Assembly: GCF_009914755.1 (NCBI RefSeq)
Contig: NC_060929.1
DNA: 64,000 nt
Source: the human T2T-CHM13v2.0 reference genome, Homo sapiens
Direction: 5' to 3' (one strand)
Within the stretch, counting starts at the first letter, position 1. Every line of letters begins with the position of its first letter. This document shows positions 39,908-53,833 of the stretch, piece by piece. A model generated the notes under the pieces. The model worked only from the letters and a program-made list of their open reading frames with translations. It was not told the origin of the DNA and made no database searches. Both the position numbers and the translations under genes were made by a program.

Positions 39908-41392
39908 TTAGTCTGATGGGCTTCCCTGAAGCCCTGAAAGGTAACCAGACCTTTCTCTCGGGCTGTCCTTAATAATTTTTCCTTCATTTCAACCTTGGAG
40001 AATCTGACAATTATGTGTCTTGTGGTTGCTCTTCTCAAGGAGTATCTTAGTGTTGCTCTTTGTATTTCCTGAATTTGAATGTTGGCCTGTCTTGCTAGGT
40101 TGGGGAAATTCTCCTAGATAATATCCTGAAGTGTGTTTTCCAACTTGGTTCCATTCTCCCCGTCACTTTCAGGTATGCCAATCAATCGTAGGTTTGGTCT
40201 TTTCACATAGTCCCACATTTCTTAGAGGCTTTGTTCATTCCTTTTCTATCTTTTTTTCTCTAATCTTGTCTTCATGCCTCATTTCACTAAGTTGATCTTC
40301 AAATTCTGATACCCTCTCTTCTGCCTGATTGATTCAGCTGTTTATACTTGTGTGTGTTTCTCCAAGTTCTTGTGCTGTGTTTTTCATCTCCATCAGGTCA
40401 TTTATGTTCTTCTCTAAACTGGTTATTCTAGTTGGCAGTTCCTGTAACCTTTTATCGAGATTCTTAGCTTCCTTACATTGTGTTAGAACATGCTCCTTTA
40501 GCTCAGAGGAATTTGTTATTACCCAACTTCTGAAGCCTTCCTCTGTCAATTCATCAGTTTCATTCTCCAACCAGTTTTGTGCCCTTGCTGGAAAGGGGTT
40601 GCAGTCACTTGGAGGGGAAGAGGCATTCTGGTTTTTGGAATTTGCAGCATGTTTGCTCTGATTTTTCTCATATTTGTGGATTTATCTACCTTTTATCTTT
40701 GAGGTTGATGACCTTTGGATGCGGTTTCTGTGTGGGGCTTCTTTTTGTTAGTGTTGTTGTTATTGTTTTCTGTTTATTAGATTTTCTTCTAACAGTCAGG
40801 CCCCTCTTCTGCAGGTCTGCTGCAGTTTGCTGGAGGTCCACTCCAGACCCTGTTTGCCTGGGTATCACCAGCAGAGGCTGCAGAACAGCAAAGATTGAGG
40901 CCTGCTCCTTCCCCTGGAAGCTTCGTCCCAGAGGGGCACTGACCTGTTGCCAGCCAGAGCTCTCCTGTATGAGATGTCTATCAAACCCAGTTAGGAGGTC
41001 TCTCTTAGTCAGGAGGCACGGGAATCAGGGACCCACTTGAGGAGGCAGTCTGTCCCGTAGCACAGCTTGAGTGCTGTGCTAGGAAAACCCTCCTGGTCAG
41101 GATTTGCTGCTCTCTTCAGAGCCAGCACGCAGGAACATTTAAGTCTGGTGAAGACACACCCACAGCCGCCCCTTCCCCCAGCTGCTCTGTCCCATGGAGA
41201 TGGGGTTATTATCTATATGCCCCTGACTGGGTCTGCTATCTTTCTTTCAGAGATGCCCTGCCCAGTGAAGAGGAATTTACAGAGGCACTCTGGCCACAGC
41301 CACTTTGCCACGCTGTGTTGAGTTCCACGCAGTCCGAACTTCCAGGCCTTTATAGTGCGATCAGGGGAAAACTGCCTATTCAAGCCTCTGTA

Positions 41393-41788
41393 ATGGTGGA
41401 GGCCCCTCCCTTCAGCAAGCTTGATGGTCCCAGGTTGACTTCAGTTGGCTGTGCTGGCAGCGATAATTTCAAGCCATTGGTTCTTAGCTTGCTGGGCTCA
41501 GTAGGAGTGAGACCCACTGAATCTCCCTGGCTTCAGCCCCCTTTCCATGGGAGTGAATGTTTCTGTCTCGCTGGGGTTCCAGTCACTCGGATATGGAGGC
41601 AGGGGGTCGTGGGGGGGGGGAACACAACAACAACAAAAAACCTCCTGTGGCTAGCTCAGTGTCGGCCTGAACAGCCACCCAGTTTTGTGCTTGAAACCCA
41701 GGGCCCTGGTGGTGAAGGCACACGAGGGAATCTCCTGGTCTGCAGATTGCAAAAAAATTGGGAGAAGCATAGTATCTGGGCCCGATAG
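41393..41788 (+). CDS. ORF0: L1 antisense ORF0-homologous ORF, 131 aa (open frame; expression unknown)
   Basis: ATG in the context CAAGCCTCTGTA-ATG-GTGGAGGCCCCTCCC is the positional equivalent of the L1HS ORF0 start. The peptide MVEAPPFSKL...GSVGVRPTE...GNLLVCRLQKNWEKHSIW aligns by eye to ORF0 (MAGAPPPASL...DSVGVGPSE...YSLVVRRFLSRSEKRNIR). It is residues 27-157 of track ORF 41315..41788. Confidence 0.35.
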   Translation: MVEAPPFSKLDGPRLTSVGCAGSDNFKPLVLSLLGSVGVRPTESPWLQPPFHGSECFCLAGVPVTRIWRQGVVGGGNTTTTKNLLWLAQCRPEQPPSFVLETQGPGGEGTRGNLLVCRLQKNWEKHSIWAR

Positions 41789-42361
41789 CACAGTCCTTCC
41801 CGGCTTCCCTTGGCTGAGGTACGTGGAGTTGGGTGAGGGGGCTCCCCTATTCCTTGCACTTCCCCGGTGAGGTGATGCCCCAACCTGCTTCTGCTCGCCC
41901 TATGTGGGCTGCACCCACTGCCTAACCAGTCCCAATGAGATGAACAGGGTACCTCTGTTGGAAATGCAGAAATAACCCGTCTTCTGCGTTGGTCTCGCTG
42001 GGAGCTGCAGGCCTGAGCTGTTCTTATTTGGCCATCTGGCCAGCAGCCCGTTTTTATTGCTTATTGCATTAAACATGAACTCTTTCTCTTTGGCTCTAGC
42101 CAAACAACTTTCTGAAAATTTTGTTGTAAATATGTAATCAGAACGCCCTTTATTCAAGGGAAACAAAAGCATCGAATTTAATGGGCACTGATTGATCCCA
42201 ACTTGGCTGTCATGTCCAAATGTCAGAAGTTTATTTGAGGGAAATTGTACAGTGCAAAAGTGTTTCTTATGTGACTAAACGAACAAGCAAAGAATTAGTA
42301 ACCAGATGGGACTGATTGAGAAACTTCATTTGTGATTGAGTATTGGGATTTATTTCACTCT

Positions 42362-42483
42362 AGGTGATGTATCTATTAATTAGCCTGATTTAATCATTCT
42401 ACCTGTACACATGTATCAAAATATCACTTTGTACTCCATTGATATATGAAATTATTTGTCAATTAAAAATAAATTTTTAAAAA
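42362..42483 (+). mobile_element. L1MA-type 3' terminal fragment
   Basis: AGGTGATG...TTAATTAGCCTGATTTAATCATTCT...GTATCAAAATATCACTTTGTAC...TTTGTCAATTAAAAATAAA. Confidence 0.75.
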
Positions 42484-42952
42484 TTGTCTAGCTATAAAAT
42501 TGTTTGTAGAAGTGTTAAATTAAAAATACTTATATTATAGCTACCTTGATGAATTACATTGGCAATCTACCAAATTGAGAAATTTCAAGGGGCAGGAGGT
42601 TATGACAGATAAACAGAATTTGTTACTCTCTGTGGCAAAGAAAATAGGGTGTGTGAAATCAAAATACTTACATTTCATAAATAATATTTCACTTGTAATT
42701 GGAGGTGAGTTTGTTAGTGGTAAATATAAATTTTAATTACATAATAAAACAAGACATCTGATCTGGTAAATTAAAGTGAATCTCCTGAATTTTATATACA
42801 GTGTTTAAAATATAATCAGTTCCTCTGGAACTAAGACAACACAAAAATTCTCTGGAGAAAAGAATGTAATATAGTAAATAACACATTTTCTGATATGAGA
42901 AAAAATATTTTCTACAAATCATAATTGGAATACTTATGGAAATATTTCATTG

Positions 42953-43650
42953 TGTTACAGGAGGTAGTCAGGCAGAAGTGAGCAGGACAGGAGAGGGATC
43001 CCCTCACCAGGAATATCAGGCAACTATCAGGTGATGGTCGATCTGTTGTTAAACTGTCTCTCTAAAATAATAATTGTTCACAGCCAGCACCAGGGAAAAG
43101 CAGTCTCCCAATCGATAGAAATCTCCTGAAACGGGGATTAGCAGCTTCCTGATAAGATCCCAGGAACTGGGTGAGTGGGCTCAAGCATGTGCACTATGAG
43201 GCAAAATGGCAGAGTTTGACTGGTATATGACCTTCTCCTAGGAACACTCTATTGGTAAGGGAAGACGCCTCAAATGAGCATGTGCACAATTTCAGTGTTA
43301 CATGGCACGTTAGGCCCCTCCCGAATGCTGGCAGGCTACTGCACATGCAGACAGCCCACCCCAAGGGAAGAATCAGGAGAGAAGAGATGCAAGACCCCGG
43401 AATCATGCCAATGTATAAGACCCCAGGTCAAAGGACAAACCACACACTTGACTCTCTCAAGTTGCCTGCTTGGCACTCTCCAAAGTGTACTTTACTTCCT
43501 GTCCTAAAACTTTTAAAATAAACTTCACTTCTGCTCTAAAACTTGCCTCAGTCTCTCACTCGGCCTTACATTCCCTCAGTTGAATCCTGTCTCCTGAAGT
43601 GGCAAAAAGTGAGTTTGCTGCAGACCCGTACATATTCGCTGGTGCTAACA
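42953..43650 (+). mobile_element. ERV1 solo LTR, MER50-like
   Basis: TGTTACAG...CTAACA, 698 bp. Contains CAGGTGATGGTC...CTGTCTCTCTAAAATAATAATTG, TATAAG and AATAAA at 43517-43522. Confidence 0.85.
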
Positions 43651-43983
43651 ACTTCAAGTCTTTAAACATAGCTCAACTCTTTCAGTCAATTGCCAATCAG
43701 AAAATCTTTGAATCCACCTATGTCTTATAAGGCCCCATCCCCATCCTCCCCCTCTTTCAAGATATCCTGCCCCTGTATCCTGAACCAATGTTCATCTTCC
43801 ATGTATTGATTTCTGATTTTACCTATAATTCTTGTCTCCCTAAAATGTATAAAACTAACCTATAATCCAACCACCTTAAGCATTCTCAGGATCTCTTGAG
43901 ACTGTTTCCTGGGCCACAGTCACTCAGACTGGTTTAGAATAAACCTCTTTAAAATATTTTAGAGTTTAGCTTTTCTGTTAACA
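43651..43983 (+). mobile_element. 3' half of a MER4-group ERV1 LTR (LTR8/MER4-like)
   Basis: CAATTGCCAATCAGAAAATCTTTGAATCCACCTATG and TCTCCCTAAAATGTATAAAAC. AATAAA at 43938-43943. Ends GTTAACA. Confidence 0.78.
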
Positions 43984-44615
43984 AAGGAATATGAAGGTGC
44001 TATTCCTGGGAACCCCAACCAGGGAAATGGAAGGGTGCCCGATTTGCTGTGGGACATTATCTAGGCTTTACATCACTGAACCTCTTGCCCATTCAGTTTC
44101 CCGCCTCCTTCTGTCTTCTCCTCCTTCTTGCTTTTGCCTTCCTTCCCTCCTCCTCTTCCTACTGTAAAGGTAGAATAATCTAGCGTTCAGTAAACAAAGA
44201 TCACACTTTCTTTGTTTAATAAAAAGAAAGAAGGCAATTGGTTCCCCAACCTCTCCCTGCTTGAGTATCTTTTTAAAAACATAAGAGTCCCAATAAAAGG
44301 CCCAACCTTTTCATTTTCAATATAAGATCCAGGACCTCCTGACCATTGAAAGTATAAACACGTTTCTCTGAGATTAGCTTAAAAGTCTTTCACGATACCA
44401 GAGATAATCACAAAGTAGGTCCTCTTGTCTTTCAGGGAGATAAGGGAAGTTTTATTTCTCTACTACTTTACTGCACAAATATGTGTACAATTCTGTCCAG
44501 ATTTTGTAGTCACTTTTATGTCATCTTGCATGCACATAAATTTGATAACACTTACTCAATATTCAATTGTGTTCTTTCTCTCTACTATATTGGCATGAAG
44601 ATTATTTATTTCTCC

Positions 44616-44703
44616 AATCCTTCTTTCCTTCCTTCTGTTTTTTTCTCCCTTCCTTCCTTCCTTGTTTCCTTCCTTTCCTTCCTCCTTCCTTTCCCTTCTT
44701 CCC
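44616..44703. repeat. Degenerate (TTCC)n pyrimidine tract at an L2 tail
   Basis: C/T-rich run followed by the antisense L2 tail motif TAAGTATTTACTGAGTGC. Confidence 0.7.
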
Positions 44704-45198
44704 ATAAGTATTTACTGAGTGCAGATAGCACTATAGTAAGTACAAAAAGATTTAGAGCATGGTAACCTAAACTAAAAGATACAAACAAAATAACCCCATT
44801 TGTTTCAGTATCCTTAACCTCTGCTTCAAGATTTTATAATGCTAATTTTTCTTTGTACATTAGGTGTTATATTAGTTATCATCTAATTATTTTTATTGTA
44901 ACCACCCATTTATTGTTTATCCAGGAGAATATTCTTTTATGCCTGCATCATTTTTGGTTTTGGTTGTGAGATTTCTGACAAAGTGTTTAGCATTCCATTG
45001 TTTTTCATGTCTTACTGTGCACTGGCCAATATTAATGGAGCATTAGGCTTGTAAGTACCTGTATTTACCAGGGGAGGATTTGATGCTGTGTAAGAAGCTG
45101 AATCTTTTCTGCTATTAATCATGTGATTAGTCTCTGTGCTTCCCTTGAGTGAAAGCTTTCTTACTCTTCTACCTTTTTTCCTTTTTAAATTTTAACCA

Positions 45199-45370
45199 AG
45201 TCAGGCACAGTGACTTATGCCTATAGTCCCAGCATTTTAGGAGGCAGAGGCGGGCAGTTCACTTGAGGCCAGGAGTTCGAGACCAGCCTGGACAACATGG
45301 TGAAACCCCACCTCTACTAAAAATGTAAAAAATCAGCTGGGCATGGTGGTACATGCCTGTAATCCCATCT
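45199..45370 (+). mobile_element. 3'-truncated Alu (left arm plus ~35 bp of right arm), AluSz/J-like
   Basis: CACTTGAGGCCAGGAGTTCGAGACC. Stops after CCTGTAATCCCATCT with no tail and no TSD. Confidence 0.92.
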
Positions 45371-45535
45371 CTTTGTCTCTGTGGAAGAATACATGCATAA
45401 GTTTGATAAGTGCCAATTATCAAACAGCTGGCCTAATCTCATTGACCAACCTCCCCACTAACAACTTCCAGTTCTTTTTCACTACCTTACCCTAGTGTTT
45501 AAAAACTCCCCCGCCTTTTGTTTCAAGGGAATTGA
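45371..45535 (+). mobile_element. Internal ERV LTR fragment fused to the truncated Alu
   Basis: LTR-like TATA region TTTAAAAACTCCCCCGCCTTTTGTTTCAAGGGAATTGA. No termini visible. Confidence 0.45.
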
Positions 45536-45576
45536 CTGATGATAGAGATATTTAGTACATATTTTATGCATATACA

Positions 45577-45919
45577 CAATAAGGTACCTCTTAGCAATGT
45601 TTCAATCAATAGCAGACTGCATATATGGTGATTCCATAAGATTATAACACAGTATTTTTACTGTACCTTTTCCATGTTTAGATACGTATAGATACACAAA
45701 TTATTTCCATTGTGCTACAGTTGCCTACAGTACTCAGTACAGTAACATGCTGTACAGGTTTGTAGCCTATGAGCAAGAGGCCATACTATGTAGTCTAGGT
45801 GTGTAGCAAGCTATACCATATAGGTTTGTGTAAGTATATTCTATGACGTTTGCACAACAACAGAATGACCTAGGGACCCAATTCACAAAGTATCCCTGTT
45901 GTTAAGTGGTGCATGACTG
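45577..45919 (+). mobile_element. Tigger3a (TcMar-Tigger MITE)
   Basis: CCATAAGATTATAA...TTTTTACTGTACCTTTT...CAGTACAGTAACATGCTGTACAGGTTTGTAGCCTA...GTTAAGTGGTGCATGACTG. About 343 bp. Confidence 0.92.
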
Positions 45920-47054
45920 TGTACATAGGTGGATTAACAAAGGCTAAATTTAAACATGAGAACCAAGTACTGTAGTGGAAGCAGATGTATTTCTATTTTA
46001 GAAATAACATTATTGTCCTATTTCCCACTCTCCACTGGTCTCTTCCTGCTGTAACACATGAACACACACAAACACACATACACACACAAAAACACACACA
46101 CCCCACATGGAGCAGATCTAAAGTATCTGCAGCTTTGAAATACAGTTACTCAGGAATCCTTTTGTTGTTTGTGAGCAAAAAGAAGCTACTCCAACCTGCA
46201 GAAGGGTAGGCAAACAACAACAACAAAAAATAAAAAAAAAAAAGAGGAGGCAATCACTGCTAGTTGATTTTCTAACCGGCTTTCACTTTTCACTACAGCA
46301 AAGGCCATGACAATAACCATGCTTCTGTCTCAGTCTCCTTTCCCTCCTGTCAGCCCCTGTTTTCCTCAGATTCTCACAGGCTGACTTGGTAGTAATGGCA
46401 TCTGTAGACATGATAGTGGTGGCGTCTGCCCTTTCCTCACTCATGGGTAGATTCTTGCTATATTTAGATCAGCATTTGCAGCACCACATAGATGGAATGA
46501 ACTTGTCAACAGGCCCAATATGTGTTGCTCTAAAAGTGAGCACAGAGGGCTTGTATGATCTCCACACTGTAATATTTCCTGCCCCCTTCATTACATGTTG
46601 AATCATTTTGAGAAACTTGATTTCTGCCTTGGTCTTTTTCCTAGAATCCTTCTTTCCTAATGGGACTATAGCTGTGCACAGAACCCTAGCTCTTGCAGTT
46701 GCATTACTGGAGATCCACTGTGAATGAACTGGCTACCCAGACCATAACTCAATGGGTGACAAGGAATTGTCCCTCTCTGAATTCCAGTTTTTATATCTGC
46801 CATGTCGGTCTGATTCTCCAGCCCTACACTCCATACTCATTACAGCTTCTGTAGAATTTACAATGACTTTCTGATATGTCTCATTGGAAACCTCCCCTCT
46901 ACAAAAAGCCTCTCTAAAGCTGGGTTATTTCCATGGCTATTTTTCTGTCCTATACATTCCCTCTTACTCATATTACTGAAATACAGCTTTTAAGGTATAA
47001 CACAAAGATATAAAAAATATAGATATTGATGAAAATATGTACTATTCACTAATA

Positions 47055-47260
47055 GTCTATTATTTAGTGGGCATTACGTATTTTTTCTAATGTAATAACA
47101 GCCACTCAACTTAGTGTTATTATCCGCATTTTACAGGCTGGCAATCTGAGCCTAAGGTTCATTAGAAACTTGATCACTTAAGGGGCCACAGGCATTAATG
47201 CAGGAGCTGAAATTCAAACACAGGACTAATTTGGGAACAGAATCTTCAGCTCTTTATGTT
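47055..47260 (-). mobile_element. MIR SINE
   Basis: TTATTATCCGCATTTTACAGG...CTGAG...GGAGCTGAAATTCAAAC. Confidence 0.6.
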
Positions 47261-47364
47261 GTGTCACAAGATTCAGATGTTCGACGCTAAGAATTAGCAC
47301 ATTGGTAGCAGAGGGAAAAAATCCAATCCCAAAAGTAGCAGGTATAATAAGAAAAAAGGCAAAG

Positions 47365-47470
47365 CATTAGGATTCAAAATGCCTTACAAATTAGTTGTGT
47401 GACCTTGAACAAATTATCTCACTACTTTGTACTGACAACTTCCTTATCAATTACGTAGGAAAATAGAACA
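47365..47470 (+). mobile_element. MIR core fragment
   Basis: GATTCAAAAT...TAGTTGTGTGACCTTGAACAAATTA...TTCCTTATC. Confidence 0.55.
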
Positions 47471-49479
47471 GTTGGTAAAAAAGTTGTGTAAGAACAAACT
47501 TAAGGAACTTGTGAATATAACAATCTTTCCACGCAACTTTACAAAAAAAGCCTTAAAGACCTTAAGTCTTTCTTCACTCATCCATGTAGTGGAGATAAAA
47601 ATAATAAATGTTACAGCAAGTTTTGTGTCAGAGGCTGCCTCTCTCCTTCCTGCCATACTCTTTGAATGTCTAGGCATGAATTTGAGAAGTGCCTTTTCTT
47701 GCTCTCCAGTCAAGCTAATGTATACTGGAGGGAGAAAAATCCATGAATCCCCATATCTGGCTCTCAATTTGCCTTCCATCTGCCTCACTAATAGTTTTCA
47801 GGTTGAAGAGGGTTTTGTGTCCACATTCCCCAGGGCTGTGAGAAACCATTAAAAGTGACAAAGATTCTAGAAATGGAGGAAGTGTATAGAATCAATGCAA
47901 GTTTGTCAGGCAAAGCAAAAACTACTTTAGCTTATAAATATTAGAAAATCTGTCTGCAAAGTTGATCTTTAATGGAAAGTAGAAGATGAAAGAAGTAGCC
48001 AAAATAGGCTACCATGTTCATCCAGATATTACAAAAACAATGTCAGGCTCACTCTTCTGCTGCCTGATTCCAGTACAACTAATGCTTATGAATGTCAGAT
48101 GAGTACATAAGAATTTAATAGATGCCAGTAACACTTAAGTAAAAACAAGCAAAAACGAATTTAAATTCACTTTTTATTTTTATCCATAAACATTGTCCTC
48201 AAGTAAAACTGCAGAATTCTTTGGCCCCATTGTAAGATTAAAAGAGACTTTTCCTTTTACTAATTATCTTTCCTTTTATCTTACCAAACTGAATTTACCT
48301 CTACCCATGAACTTAAATGTTATTGTGGTTCATAATTATCTCACAACCTACCATGAAACAGTCCAAAACATCCTAAAGGAGAGAGAAGAGCTCTCTAACC
48401 ATCACAAGAAGTTGTTCTTCTATTTCAAACATATAGGTATTCATATGTGTAAGGAACAGAGAAAAACAGAACGTAAAAGAGACAGAACATGTGCCCAAAC
48501 CAAATAAAATACAGTCTGCAGCCTAGTGGTTTGAACACTGTATGAAAATATATTCTTATCCTGGAACAAAAGAGATGGTACAGAAATCACAAGTTTTAAA
48601 TGTTATTAGGTCAATCTAATGGCCTTTGGCAAGGAGTAGTAAACGTTTAAGGAAAATAATATTTTCATTTGCAGGGTTTAGGAGTGAGTATTTATTGCCA
48701 AAAGTCTTTTTCAAATTGCAGTTACAAATTTTTTGCTGAACTTCAACAAATCTACAGCTCATTCTATTAACATAATCTTTAGGGTGACCTTGAACTATAG
48801 GTTTGTAATTTTAATGAAATCAGCATTACTCTGTTCTGACACATTTTTATAAAACACATTTTATAGTATTAATAGAAAACTACTGCAACTTAATCTATGC
48901 AAATGATATTAAAAGAAATACAGAAGTCTGTTCAAATCTTCAGGTTTAAAAGTACAATCCTATTTAAAAAAATATAAGGATGCCAGCATATTCTCAAGAC
49001 TAATGTAACTAGAGTTTAAAATGATAATCTTTCTATCCTGATTTTGGCTGGGCCCTCAAAGGCTGAGAACTACAGAGTGTGTGCCAAGTAACCATACACC
49101 TTACAGTGAGATGTTAGTTCATCTATACAAGAACATGACAAATGTTTCTTAGATTTTACAAGGTCAGTCACCTTCCATAAATATAAACAAGGTAAAGACT
49201 GAATAGTCACAGGAGGTTTGGAAAAGTTTGTCAGTGAGATAGTACCACTCCATGAGGGCAGGGAAAGAATGCTTCTTCTTGTATTAATCCAAATGAATGG
49301 GGCTTCTCAAAGGCTCTGTAAGCATCCCCAGTATGCATTTCCTGTAACTTATTTGACACAGAGGACTGGGATTTAAAACACACCTGAGCAGCTGAAAACT
49401 AAGAGGCCGTACCTCTCAGGTTAAACAATATCGTTTGTAGAGGGGGGTAAAAAAGGCATGTAGTATGATGATAGGATTA

Positions 49480-50190
<711 letters not shown>

Positions 50191-50928
50191 GAGTTTTCTT
50201 GTAAAAGTAAGCGTTGATGTGGGAACCACTTACTCCTCTGGACAAGAGCCTTTAAAATAAGTATTGATATAATCTTATGATGTTAAACAGACACTAGAGC
50301 TTGGATCCACTCTTTCAGCAACCTTACAATAGCTCATGTGCACTGCCACATCTCAGAATAAATCTAAGACCTTAAACATGCTCAATATTTTTTAAAAGAT
50401 ATTAATCTAGATAAAATAGAGTAAATATAGCACAGCTAATCTTATTTTGCTAAACAGAAATAATCTTTTCTCAATATTACCCCCATGCATGACACACAGA
50501 GAAGCATTCTGACAAGCCAAAAAGAATGACAACTGAGAAATAATTCTTTAGAGGAAATTCCCAAAGGAACAATAAACATTTCTCCTTGGTCAATAGTACA
50601 TTTATAGGAAGTTACACAGGCTGTAGATAAAGAAAGGCAATATTTGATCTGCTTTTGACACCTTACTAATGTCAGCAGGTGAATGTGTGGGGAAACAGGC
50701 ACTCCCAAACTGTTAGGAATACAATCTTCTTGAAGGGATTGTGGCTATTCTAAACCCTTTTTGGTGTATGCATTATAATTTACCGGTAGCCAGTTCCCTT
50801 ACCGGTAGTAAAATTATTCTTCCTTAGTGCATTGAAGCCTATAATGGACATGTGACTTGCTTTGGACAATAAAATGTAAGAAGAAATTATATGTCTCACT
50901 TTGGGGCTTTAAGGACAAATGCAAGCTA

Positions 50929-52145
<1,217 letters not shown>

Positions 52146-53833
52146 ATACATTAATCTTGACCAACAATCTTCCAGGTACTGGCTGCTTCATTAATCTGGG
52201 CAGTGCAGAGACCTCAACTGAACATGCATAAACAAATAGCATGAGTCAGCATTAAATTTCTGTTGTTTTAAGTCTCATAGACTTTGGAATTATTGGTTAC
52301 TGCAGTGGAACCTCACCTCCCCTGACTTATATGCTCCCTGACCTAAAAATACTATTACAAAATTTATCCACTAAATATACTCACACATCTAAACAAAACC
52401 ATATAAGGAAGGCTATAGAATTTTAATGGAAGGATACATAAGAAACCAGTAACTCTGGTCACCTCTGGCAATCAAAAGGAGGGAACTGAGGGTCTAGGCA
52501 GCACTTAGTTTTCTCAGAATAATTTTTTAATTGTTTAGAAATGCATAATTTTTAAAATAAAAAGACAAAAGTAAATTTCAAAAATTAAAATAAAATAACC
52601 AAATGAGAAGGATGTGTATTTTTAAAAATCCTTAAGATTTTCTATTAAAATAAAGAAATGACAGTTTTAATAGACTGAAAATTTCTAGAAGGCTTGGATT
52701 GCTGTCTTTATTGAAGGATTATTTTATCACTAGAGACCGATTATCTCATTATGCATTTGAAGGATGGATTTGAGACATTTTCAATTATTTTAATTAATCT
52801 AAATTATGATGTATTTTTAGGGACCAGCAGCTTTATTCTCTTTTCAGTGACCCAAAAGCATCAATATATGAACAGTTGAGAAGCGGGCACAGCCCTGCCT
52901 CCTGGAAGTGTCAGTACATTCTCAATGAGCCTGGTCCATGCAGCTTACCTATCCAGAGGGTCACTGGAACATGACTTTTAAGTATCAGAAGATCAAATGA
53001 TTGTCTTCCATAAATAGTGATACGTTAATTTTTTATGTATGTGAGAATTCTACCACTTTCTCAAAAACATTTTTGGAATAAAAATACATCTTGTTTGTAA
53101 AATTTTCCTCAGATATTTTATTGAACTCATCATTTTCATCGAAAACTTAAGATGACAACAGTATTACAGAAAATATTATGAAAAAACCCATAATTTCTCT
53201 ACTTTAACACTCATTTAACTATTTTTATCAAAATTATTTTATGTTGATAATCTATCTTGTCCCCAAGTATCCACAGATTTACTGAGTACAACTGGAGTGT
53301 ACCTATATATTTTCTACATCGTATTTTAGTCTAACTTGATTTCCAGAAAATTGTCAGATGTTTTATTGAACTATTTTCATTATAGTTTACATTACTGTAT
53401 TCATGAGTCAGTGCCTCATTATAAAGAAGTTCTCTCAAAAATTCGATTTGTGTATATTTATACAAACAGAATAGCTGTATACGAATAATTTTTATATATT
53501 TCTAGAAGAGAAATTGTTCAGAAAACAGTTTACTTCCAGGGGAATCTGCTATTCTAGAGAAATATGCTACATTCATGTATATTTTACATGCGTGTATATA
53601 GAGAATAAACACACATGTGTTTATATAATCTATGTTTATCATTACTATATATGGTGACAATATATAGTCAATGAAAGATTAGACAAAAATATTTCTTTTT
53701 GCATTGTATAAGAAGAAATCTACTCCCTTATACTATGGTTGAGAAAGTATGATGAAATAGCTCCTATGATTTGAAAAGTCAAATTGAGTTTGGTTATTTA
53801 GCATGTTGCAAATCATCATTCTTGAACTGCTAC

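Noticed and set aside
46320-46940. Relatively GC-rich segment suspected to be a retroviral/gypsy or pseudogene remnant
   Set aside because: Spot translations gave no recognisable motif, so it could not be assigned by eye.
47447-47852. Overlapping antisense ORFs of 113 and 126 aa
   Set aside because: Both have non-ATG starts and no recognisable domain. They partly overlap a MIR and have no convincing splice context.
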